From Candidatus Woesearchaeota archaeon (GTDB lineage Archaea > Nanobdellota > Nanobdellia > Pacearchaeales > GW2011-AR1), in assembly GCA_964355745.1 (NCBI GenBank), contig CAYHEN010000002.1:1-42788 (forward strand): a stretch of DNA of 42,788 nt, given 5' to 3'. How positions within the stretch are numbered: position 1 is the first letter of the stretch; every line of letters begins with the position of its first letter. The notes under the pieces were generated by a model, which was not told the DNA's origin, made no database searches, and saw nothing but the letters and a program-made list of their open reading frames with translations. Shown piece by piece: positions 1-7,600 of the stretch. The translations under genes and the position numbers were made by a program.

Positions 1-22
1 GGTTCAAATCCGGGCATCCCCA
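1..22 (+). tRNA. 3' fragment of a tRNA gene (T-arm and acceptor strand); isotype undeterminable
   Basis: GGTTCAAATCCGGG T-loop/arm followed by CATCCCC-A acceptor strand and discriminator; truncated by the window edge. Confidence 0.8.
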
Positions 23-42
23 TTCATAGTTAAATAAATAGA

Positions 43-109
43 CGAGCAAAGCGAGTTCAATTTTCGTCCTATGAACTTTGGTTCATATCTCGTCGAATTC
101 AGTGAAGCG
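43..109 (+). repeat. 67-nt structured element E1 ending exactly at the rpl37ae ATG
   Basis: CGAGCAAAGCGAG + 14 nt + hairpin TATGAAC-TTTG-GTTCATA + 22-nt tail; aligns without gaps to 358..424. Confidence 0.85.
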
Positions 110-337
110 ATGCCATCAAAATCAAAAAAAACAAAATCAGCAGGAAGATTCGGGGCAAGATACGGAAGAAAAGTAAGAGTTAAACTGGTAAATGTAGAGC
201 AAAAACAAAGGAAAAAACAAAAATGTCCTTACTGCAAAAAGCCAGGAGTCAAGAGGCTTTCAAAGGGCATATGGCACTGCAAGAAATGCGGCAAAAAATT
301 TGCATCAGATACATATTACTTAGAGGAGAATAAATGA
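110..337 (+). CDS. rpl37ae: 50S ribosomal protein L37ae (eL43)
   Basis: GRFGARYG motif and CPYC...WHCKKC zinc ribbon; probable start MPSK at 110 rather than 71. Confidence 0.97.
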   Translation: MPSKSKKTKSAGRFGARYGRKVRVKLVNVEQKQRKKQKCPYCKKPGVKRLSKGIWHCKKCGKKFASDTYYLEENK

Positions 338-357
338 TGATACATAAATTAAATAAA

Positions 358-424
358 CGAGCGAAGCGAGGCAAAGATAGATGCTTTTGCATTTATGCAA
401 AACCTTGTCGAACTCAATAACGCG
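358..424 (+). repeat. 67-nt structured element E2 ending exactly at the rpoP ATG
   Basis: CGAGCGAAGCGAG + 14 nt + hairpin TTTTGCA-TTTA-TGCAAAA + 22-nt tail similar to E1. Confidence 0.85.
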
Positions 425-562
425 ATGGTTGCGTACAAATGTTTCAAATGCGAGAAGAAAGTTATTTCTACAAATTTGGAAAAGCGGTTCGTCTGTCCTT
501 ATTGTGGAAGCAAGATTTTCTACAAGCCAAGAAGCAAGATAAAAAAAATTAAGGCAGAGTAA
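425..562 (+). CDS. rpoP: DNA-directed RNA polymerase subunit P (Rpo12), 45 aa, not in the ORF track
   Basis: MVAYKCFKCEKKVISTNLEKRFVCPYCGSKIFYKPRSKIKKIKAE; zinc ribbon; canonical position after rpl37ae. Confidence 0.95.
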   Translation: MVAYKCFKCEKKVISTNLEKRFVCPYCGSKIFYKPRSKIKKIKAE

Positions 563-613
563 TTCTAAAAAATGAAAAACAGAACATTTTTCAAAATCCT
601 CACTTCGTTACAA

Positions 614-654
614 CTCGTAACTCCGCTGGTATGGATTACACGCGAAATCGTTTG
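614..654 (-). repeat. degenerate GA-bracketed hairpin element (A5)
   Basis: minus strand AA-ACGATTTCGC-GT-GTAATCCATAC-CA-GCGGAGTTAC-GA-G; resembles 11391..11443 and 21746..21788. Confidence 0.7.
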
Positions 655-678
655 GATACAAAACAGGAGTTTTGCATA

Positions 679-996
679 ATGGACGAAACAAGATTACAAG
701 AGTTGCAGATTCTTGAGCAGAGATTGCAGAATTCAATTCTCCAGAAACAGGCTTTTCAGATGGAACTCGCAGAAACTAATTCTGCCCTGAAAGAAGTTGA
801 AAAATCAGGAGAAGAAGTTTTCAAAATAATCGGACAATTGATGATTAAGGCGGAAAAAGGAAAAATTCAGGAAGAATTGTTATCCAAGGAAAAAATTTTG
901 GAATTAAGGATAAAGACATTCGAGAAACAGGAGAATTCTTTAAGCGAACAAGTGGAAAAAATCAGAGACGAACTGACAAAATCCATGAAAAAGTAA
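679..996 (+). CDS. pfdB: prefoldin subunit beta
   Basis: coiled coil with central VFKIIGQLMI hairpin; start MDET at 679 has a GGAG SD; conserved gene order. Confidence 0.93.
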   Translation: MDETRLQELQILEQRLQNSILQKQAFQMELAETNSALKEVEKSGEEVFKIIGQLMIKAEKGKIQEELLSKEKILELRIKTFEKQENSLSEQVEKIRDELTKSMKK

Positions 997-1059
997 ATAT
1001 TAGGAAATATATAAAAAAAGTTACGAAATCTTTATAAATATATTATATCTAAAGTTGAT

Positions 1060-1452
1060 ATGGCATTCAACCTAAAAAAGATTTTTGGTGGCGCTCCAAA
1101 GGGAGAAGGCAGTGCAGAAGATTATTTAGAAATTGATTTGGATAAAGAGGAAAGAGAAGGGAAGGTTTTAGTGAAACTTTTTGTTTTGAAAAAATACGAA
1201 GATGTCAATACTATCCTTAATGTTTTAAGAGAGGGGTACACTATTGCTATAATAGATATAAAAGTTTTGAAATCAAAAGATCCTATTGAATTGAAGAGGG
1301 CTGTTTCAAAAATCAAAAAGACAGCAGACGCTCTTGAGGGAAATATTGCTGGTTTTGGAGAGAACTTGCTAATTGTTACTCCGCCATTTGCACAGATTCA
1401 AAGAGAAGCTACTCCTCAGGGTCCAGAGCCAAAGAGCAATAAATTCGATTAA
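1060..1452 (+). CDS. sepF: cell division protein SepF
   Basis: archaeal SepF pattern (DYLEID...LREGYTIAIIDI...LKRAVSKIK...GNIAGFGENLLIVTP); TTTATAAA box upstream. Confidence 0.9.
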   Translation: MAFNLKKIFGGAPKGEGSAEDYLEIDLDKEEREGKVLVKLFVLKKYEDVNTILNVLREGYTIAIIDIKVLKSKDPIELKRAVSKIKKTADALEGNIAGFGENLLIVTPPFAQIQREATPQGPEPKSNKFD

Positions 1453-1499
1453 TTCTTAATTTTAGTTAATTTTAAAAACAAGTTATTTTCTATCTTACA

Positions 1500-2117
1500 A
1501 TGAAAACCTTATTTATCCCTGTAAAAATCAATTCAGAAGTCAATGAAAGAAAAATACAATCTCTGAAACTTCCAGAAAGCATAGCAATTGCTTATTCAAT
1601 ACAATACAAGGATATTGCGTTTAAAATAAAAGAAATTTTGTCTAAGAGAAATGAAATAACAGAAATTGTTCAGGTTTTGGGGTGTAGCAAGCCGAAATTC
1701 TCTAAAAATACAAAAGCAATATTATTGATAAGTTCCGGAGAATTTCATGCGGTTTCTCTCGCATTTGAGACTAAACTGCCTATTTATATACTGGAATCCA
1801 GCAAGCTAAGAAAAATTTCAGATGAGGATGTGTATGCTTTTGAAAAACAAAAGTTTGCTTCTTACATGAAATTCCTCAACTCTGAAAAGGTTGGAATTTT
1901 AATTTCAACAAAGCCAGGACAGGAAAATCTGAAAAAAGCTATTGATATTCAGAAAAAACTGAAAGACAAGCAGTCCTATTTGTTTCTCAGCAACGAAATA
2001 GACACAAGACAATTCGAGAATTTTAATGGCATAGATGCATGGATTAATACCTCTTGCCCGCGAATGGATTTTGAGGGATTTGTGTTTAATATGGATGGTT
2101 TGAAGAACAAAAAATAA
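1500..2117 (+). CDS. dph2: diphthamide synthesis protein Dph2 (short form)
   Basis: QVLGC, GEFH, STKPGQ and NTSCPR motifs. Confidence 0.85.
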   Translation: MKTLFIPVKINSEVNERKIQSLKLPESIAIAYSIQYKDIAFKIKEILSKRNEITEIVQVLGCSKPKFSKNTKAILLISSGEFHAVSLAFETKLPIYILESSKLRKISDEDVYAFEKQKFASYMKFLNSEKVGILISTKPGQENLKKAIDIQKKLKDKQSYLFLSNEIDTRQFENFNGIDAWINTSCPRMDFEGFVFNMDGLKNKK

Positions 2118-2223
2118 ATCAAGAAATCTTTATCACCTCTTTTTATTATTTGATTATAAGCAACCAATTATATTTTTTCATTAACTAAATTAGTTATATC
2201 ACGTGCGCTTTAGCGCAGACATA

Positions 2224-2631
2224 TTAAACTCTCGCTAGTCCAAAAACGCTTTTCAATGCAACTATGATTGTTGCAGGCACAAACAATGCTAACAAGCAAG
2301 CAAATATTGTTTGTGCAGTGAAGCCTGCATCAATTCCGATAAGAGAACTTGTAACACTATCCATTCCAAACTTACTTACAATTACAATAATAGTGCTTGT
2401 TATTAAAAATGCCTGAGTATCTTTCCCCTTTGCATTTATAGCAGCTCCGACAACTAACCCAAGGATTACCAATACTAAGTAGATAAAATTGCTGTACTTC
2501 CTGACTATGGATAACGGAACCAAAATTGTCAGTATTCCGATGACTATTGCAATGACAACTCCAATAAAAAATACCCATGCACCAACAGAATTCTCCCTAG
2601 ACTTCATCACCATGTAATAATAGAATTGCAA
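2224..2631 (-). CDS. hypothetical integral membrane protein (about 4 TM)
   Basis: four hydrophobic segments; start probably a few codons downstream. Confidence 0.7.
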   Translation of the reverse strand: MQFYYYMVMKSRENSVGAWVFFIGVVIAIVIGILTILVPLSIVRKYSNFIYLVLVILGLVVGAAINAKGKDTQAFLITSTIIVIVSKFGMDSVTSSLIGIDAGFTAQTIFACLLALFVPATIIVALKSVFGLARV

Positions 2632-2733
2632 GAAATATATAAATCTTCTCCCAAATAAAAAAATCGATGGTTTAATCTATATTTTACAACACAAGAAACC
2701 TTATAAATCATCTTAACTGCAAAATGATTACAC

Positions 2734-4383
2734 ATGATAAACCAGACAAACAACAAATCATTAAGAGTTTTTGGATTGAGTGTATTAGTATTGTTCACTC
2801 TCTTGAGTTTTGCTGGTGCGGCAATAACTCTTACTCCAACTTCAGTGACTTTCAACAAGTTTGAACTAACTAAATCATTTACAATAACTACCGGTACTGA
2901 TAATACTACTCTTACTTTACCTACTACTGTTACAATTTCAGATAATCAAAATCCTGCTAATACTATAATAGTGACATTTGGTACCCCCGTTATAACAGGA
3001 ACCGCAAATCCAGGACCAAATACTACTAATTTAGATATAGGAGAGACTGCAACAATAACTGTTACTTCTACTCTTCCAAGTAATGATTTTACTTTCGGAA
3101 CTTTTTCAGCAACTGCCAATATAACTGCAAGTACAGACACAGCCGGTAAAGTTTTAACACTCAACTTCCAAAACTCACCAAATGAAGAAGCAGACAATGG
3201 AAATTTAAATATAGATGATGTTGATATTTCTGTTACTAACGGCTTTGGAGATGACACAGAATGGTTCCCATTAGATGAAATCAGAGTTAATGTTGATGTA
3301 AGCAATGATGCAAATGATGAAATGAGAAATATTGTTGTTGAATGGGGACTTTATGACAAGCAAAATACGAGATGGGTAATACAGGAAGAAGAAAGCGATT
3401 TTGACTTAGATGAAGATGATGGAAAAACATTGGAATTTTCTTTTATTCTTGACAACATGAACCGGATTGAAACTGATGGAGATTATGTGTTCTATGTATG
3501 GGCTACAGGAGATGATAAGGAAACTGATAACGAAACTTCAACTTTTTCTTCTTTGCCTATTGATATAGTTATTGACAGCCATTTTGTAGTCCTTGATTCC
3601 CTTGAGCTTGTAGGAACAGCTTCATGCGGTGATACAATTCAAGTTTCAGGAGAAGTTTGGAATATCGGAGATGATGATGAACAGGATGTTTATCTCAAGG
3701 TTTTCAACACACTATTAGGAATTTCACAGAGAGTAGATTTAGGAGATATAGACAGCCTTGAGTCTAAAGATTTGTTATTCAATATTGTTATTCCAGAAGA
3801 TGCAGAAGAAGGAAAATCTTATGATATAACTTTCTTAGTATATGATGACAGTGATGACATATTTGAAAACAGCAATGGAGATGAATCAGAATTCAGCCTT
3901 CCATTAAATATTGCACCAGGAAGCTGTTCAGCAGAAGTTCCTGTTGTAGTAACTGCTAGCTTAGAAACAGCAGCAAAAGCAGGAGAAGAATTCACTGTCA
4001 AGGCAACAGTAACCAACACAGCTTCAATAAAGAAAACCTTCATTTTTGAAGTAGGCGGATATACTGATTGGGCTACATTCGTTTCTGTAGACAAGCCAAG
4101 CTTGACTTTAGATGCAGGAAAATCAACAGAGGTTTTAATCAAGTTAAAGGCAAATGAAGGAGTTTCTGGAAGCAAGAACTTCAACATTGTTATGAAAGAA
4201 GGAAGCAAGGTTTTAACACAGCCAGTTTCAGTTTCAGTAGCAGGAAAAGGATTCAGCCTTACAGGATGGATTTCAGGATTGGGGCTTGGCGGAAATACTT
4301 ACTTATGGGCTATTGGAGCGTTGAATGTCCTTTTAGTCTTGATAATAATTGTGGTAGCAGTGAGAGTTGTCAGGAAGAAGTAA
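2734..4383 (+). CDS. secreted acidic surface (S-layer-like) glycoprotein with Ig/CARDB-like domains and C-terminal TM anchor
   Basis: signal peptide, D/E/T-rich beta segments, VWNIGDDDE CARDB-like motif, C-terminal TM then RVVRKK. Confidence 0.8.
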   Translation: MINQTNNKSLRVFGLSVLVLFTLLSFAGAAITLTPTSVTFNKFELTKSFTITTGTDNTTLTLPTTVTISDNQNPANTIIVTFGTPVITGTANPGPNTTNLDIGETATITVTSTLPSNDFTFGTFSATANITASTDTAGKVLTLNFQNSPNEEADNGNLNIDDVDISVTNGFGDDTEWFPLDEIRVNVDVSNDANDEMRNIVVEWGLYDKQNTRWVIQEEESDFDLDEDDGKTLEFSFILDNMNRIETDGDYVFYVWATGDDKETDNETSTFSSLPIDIVIDSHFVVLDSLELVGTASCGDTIQVSGEVWNIGDDDEQDVYLKVFNTLLGISQRVDLGDIDSLESKDLLFNIVIPEDAEEGKSYDITFLVYDDSDDIFENSNGDESEFSLPLNIAPGSCSAEVPVVVTASLETAAKAGEEFTVKATVTNTASIKKTFIFEVGGYTDWATFVSVDKPSLTLDAGKSTEVLIKLKANEGVSGSKNFNIVMKEGSKVLTQPVSVSVAGKGFSLTGWISGLGLGGNTYLWAIGALNVLLVLIIIVVAVRVVRKK

Positions 4384-4385
4384 AA

Positions 4386-5006
4386 TTATCTCCTCATTAA
4401 TTTATCATATATTTTCTGCCCGAATTTGGTTTCTTTTTCTAATCTCACAACCATTATTCCAATTATATAGCCAAGAAAAGCTCCTGTGAGAACATCACTA
4501 AAAAAATGTAGTCCAAGATAAACTCTTGAAAGAGCAATCAATACAGCAATTCCAATCCAGACTTTTTTTAATTTCGGGTATTGTTGTGAGAGAATTGGAA
4601 TTGCACAAAAAGCGAATAATGCATGAGAAGAAGGAAAAGAAAAATTCCATATGTTATGACTTGTTTCCTGCAAGCTCGGCAATAGAGAGATAATTCCTAA
4701 CTGAAAAGGCCTTAATCTTTGAATCATTACTTTCAGCATAAAGCTCACTGTAGCAGAAATTCCCAATGTAAGCCATAAAGGAAAAACCCATCTTCTTTTT
4801 TTGTCTCTCCAAACGAACAAGGCAGTAAGAACAAGAAATATTACTGCTTCTGAACTAATGAAAGTTATTAAAATAAAAAATTTATCCAAAATCCCATTTC
4901 TTAAAAGAGAAACTTCTCTGACAAGGATATTATCAAAATAAAAACTCACAAGAATTGCAAATATGACTATAATAGAAATGATAATTCCTTTATTTTTCCA
5001 CCTCAT
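4386..5006 (-). CDS. PAP2-family membrane phosphatase
   Basis: K-x6-RP, SFPSSH and SRVYLGLHFFSDV motifs. Confidence 0.93.
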   Translation of the reverse strand: MRWKNKGIIISIIVIFAILVSFYFDNILVREVSLLRNGILDKFFILITFISSEAVIFLVLTALFVWRDKKRRWVFPLWLTLGISATVSFMLKVMIQRLRPFQLGIISLLPSLQETSHNIWNFSFPSSHALFAFCAIPILSQQYPKLKKVWIGIAVLIALSRVYLGLHFFSDVLTGAFLGYIIGIMVVRLEKETKFGQKIYDKLMRR

Positions 5007-5054
5007 CCTTTTACAAATAAGAAATTATTTAAATATATTTCCACTTGGCTTTTT

Positions 5055-5612
5055 ATGAAAAGAGAGGTTAAAACTGTTTTTGATATTGTTCTTAGATATG
5101 TAATATTAATTTTAGTTGGTGTTTCAAACAGCGGAATTTTTTATCTTCTCTTTTCAGCCATTACCATTTATCCTGTTTATTTTCTGCTTAAATTCTTTTT
5201 TGATACTTCCTTGATGTATAACATAATAACAATCAATAATTCTGCAATAGAAATTATCAGGGCGTGTGTTGCAGGCTCTGCTTATTATCTGCTTTTGATA
5301 TTAAATTTATCTACAAGGGGAATAAATTTGAGAAAAAGAATTTTCATGTTACTCTTTTCTTTCTCATCTTTCTTAATTATAAATATATTGAGAATTTTCT
5401 TTTTGTCTATTTTGTTTGTTTCTGGAATTTCTTTTTTTGATGTAGCACATAAACTCTTTTGGTATGTGGGGAGTGTAGTTTTTGTCGTCGCTATCTGGTT
5501 TTTTAGTGTTAAAATATTCAAAATAAAGGAAATTCCAATCTATTCAGACATTGTCTTTTTGCTGAAATCAGGAAAAAAGGTTAAAAAAACCAAGAGTTCC
5601 AAGAAGTACTAA
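5055..5612 (+). CDS. archaeosortase/exosortase family protein (pacearchaeosortase-like)
   Basis: multi-TM; Cys (IIRACVAG), Arg (NILRI) and His (AHK) in exosortase-like spacing. Confidence 0.8.
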   Translation: MKREVKTVFDIVLRYVILILVGVSNSGIFYLLFSAITIYPVYFLLKFFFDTSLMYNIITINNSAIEIIRACVAGSAYYLLLILNLSTRGINLRKRIFMLLFSFSSFLIINILRIFFLSILFVSGISFFDVAHKLFWYVGSVVFVVAIWFFSVKIFKIKEIPIYSDIVFLLKSGKKVKKTKSSKKY

Positions 5613-6047
5613 TACCCCTGCAATTAACACTCCTAAGGATATTGCTAATATGCTTTTCCTTCTGTCTAAATCCAAGAGCCATGAGATCAAAACCCCACTC
5701 CACGCTCCTGTTGCAGGGAGAGGAATTGCAACAAACAATATCAAAGCCAGAAATCCCATAGAAGAATATTTTTTCTCAAATTTGTCTACCTTTTTCTGAA
5801 GTCTCTCCACATATTTATCAAAAAATCTTTTATAAAATTTGATGTTAAGAAATAAATGATGAAATCTGTCAAGAAAAAAGAAGGCAAGGAATATTGCAAG
5901 AATGTTTGTCATTACTATCAGCGGAAAAATCAAGGCAATAGGAATATTGTGCTGATTTGCGTAAATTATCGCTAACGGAAGTCCTCCTCTTAGTTCGCTT
6001 ATTGGAAATATGGAAAGAATAAGTGCATAGATGATTTTCAAATCCAT
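5568..6047 (-). CDS. COG2426 / small multidrug export family membrane protein
   Basis: PISELRGGLP and FVAIPLPATGAWSG motifs. Confidence 0.88.
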   Translation of the reverse strand: MDLKIIYALILSIFPISELRGGLPLAIIYANQHNIPIALIFPLIVMTNILAIFLAFFFLDRFHHLFLNIKFYKRFFDKYVERLQKKVDKFEKKYSSMGFLALILFVAIPLPATGAWSGVLISWLLDLDRRKSILAISLGVLIAGVLVLLGTLGFFNLFS

Positions 6048-6048
6048 T

Positions 6049-6765
6049 TTATTCTAATACCCGATTAGCTCTTATAAGGGTTTCAAGCATGAATTTTTCT
6101 GTTCCTTTTAAAATCTGGCAATTATTTGCATATATATTGTAACACCTAAGCCCGAATTGTTCCACTTTTGTTTCATTTCCTTCAAGTATGTTCAAATACA
6201 TATACCTTCCAGTAGCATCACAACTGGCATTTTCATCTTTTATCACGTTTACGTCAAGAACCTTGTATAGATTTACAATGTTTGCAAGTCCGATAATTCC
6301 GTCTCCGTCACAATTAAGCGAGTTTGTCATGTTCACAACCATATTGCTTTCCAGCAATAAATTACCATTAAAAGGCATAGTTTTCAAGGTTCTAGGGTCT
6401 TTTCTCAGATAGAAATTATAACTTGCTGCTGTTCCGTTATACATAACAGGCAGATATGTTTTGTAAAGAATTAATTTCCCCTCTTTTACAATTTCAAACT
6501 TAACTCCATTAACGTCAAAATGTTTCATAGAATTAATAATCATATAAACTGAAAAAAACATCAGGGCAAAACCAACCATGATAATGATTATATTTTTAAA
6601 AATTTTATTTTCCTTTTTAATCTGCTCTTGTGACGGGACTTCCTCTTTACTATCTTCTGTTGCATGTGTTTCTATTATCTTCTTTTCCCCATCTTTTTCA
6701 ACATCAAAAATTTCAGAAACCTGTTCTTTTTTCTTGGTTTCTTTCTCTCTTTTTTCCTTTTTCAT
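6049..6765 (-). CDS. hypothetical single-pass membrane protein
   Basis: charged N-terminus, one TM, Cys-containing outer domain; loosely similar to the next ORF. Confidence 0.7.
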   Translation of the reverse strand: MKKEKREKETKKKEQVSEIFDVEKDGEKKIIETHATEDSKEEVPSQEQIKKENKIFKNIIIIMVGFALMFFSVYMIINSMKHFDVNGVKFEIVKEGKLILYKTYLPVMYNGTAASYNFYLRKDPRTLKTMPFNGNLLLESNMVVNMTNSLNCDGDGIIGLANIVNLYKVLDVNVIKDENASCDATGRYMYLNILEGNETKVEQFGLRCYNIYANNCQILKGTEKFMLETLIRANRVLE

Positions 6766-6797
6766 CTTTTTTAGATTCCAAACTTAATTTATAAATT

Positions 6798-7376
6798 TTA
6801 TTGTGTTATTCCAGTTATTTCAAATAAAAATCCATCGCTGAGCTTTGTCAAATTGCCTATATTTCCCTGAATAAAAACACAATTTTCTCTCTGCCTTATT
6901 TCAGTGCTGTTGCTTTCTTTTATTATTATAAAATTGCTTTCGCAGGTTTTTACAGGAGAACTGCTTTCACATTTCTCTCCTGTTAAGCAGGCATCCTGCA
7001 CTCTTTCAACTATCCTGTTTTGATAGAATAAATTCCTGTAAATTTCTAGCGTTGCCTCTGTGCTTTCAGAATAAACATATAAGGGTTTTCCAGAATAACT
7101 GTTCAAAAGATTCAATTTGGAATTTACTTTTTCAGTTTCTTTTGGATTGTATATAAAAAAGAATTGGTAGTTTCCAATGTTTGCATTCCAAAATCCAGAC
7201 TGCTTTGTAAATTCAATTCCATTATAGATTATTTTTTCACTGCTTTCTTTTTGCTCTCTGCCAAATGCATAACCTAAAACACTCGCGAGCATGATAAGAA
7301 CCATCGCCCCGCCAATCAGGAACTGATTTCTTCTCCTTTTCCTGCCTTCTTCCTCTTTGGAAAGTATTCTTCGCAT
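6798..7376 (-). CDS. hypothetical membrane-anchored protein
   Basis: basic N-terminus, TM, YNGIEF motif, Cys-containing C-terminal domain; TATA upstream. Confidence 0.7.
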   Translation of the reverse strand: MRRILSKEEEGRKRRRNQFLIGGAMVLIMLASVLGYAFGREQKESSEKIIYNGIEFTKQSGFWNANIGNYQFFFIYNPKETEKVNSKLNLLNSYSGKPLYVYSESTEATLEIYRNLFYQNRIVERVQDACLTGEKCESSSPVKTCESNFIIIKESNSTEIRQRENCVFIQGNIGNLTKLSDGFLFEITGITQ

Positions 7377-7555
7377 GATTTAAAATAGAAATTATGACTT
7401 ATAAATTTACTCTCTCCCGCCACCATCTCCCAGCCATCCACCCTTAAAAAAACCTTAACTAATGAAGAAACCTCGCATTCGGTTAATATTAAATTTTTTG
7501 AAATACCTTGCGAATGAAATAAGCAACTATTTTTTAACAAACCTCCGAGTAAGAG

Positions 7556-7590
7556 ATAAAAAAAGAAAAAAAAAAGAAAAATAAAAAAAT
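7556..7590 (-). terminator. oligo-T archaeal terminator after the S-layer gene
   Basis: long T runs on the minus strand just past the stop codon at 7601. Confidence 0.65.
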
Positions 7591-7600
7591 TAATTTAGAT

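Noticed and set aside
71-109. N-terminal extensions of L37ae (from 71) and prefoldin (from 631)
   Set aside because: Upstream ATGs fall inside repeat elements; downstream starts fit family lengths.
7411-7445. G-rich tract on the minus strand (possible G-quadruplex or ncRNA)
   Set aside because: Mostly GG runs, single occurrence, no supporting structure.
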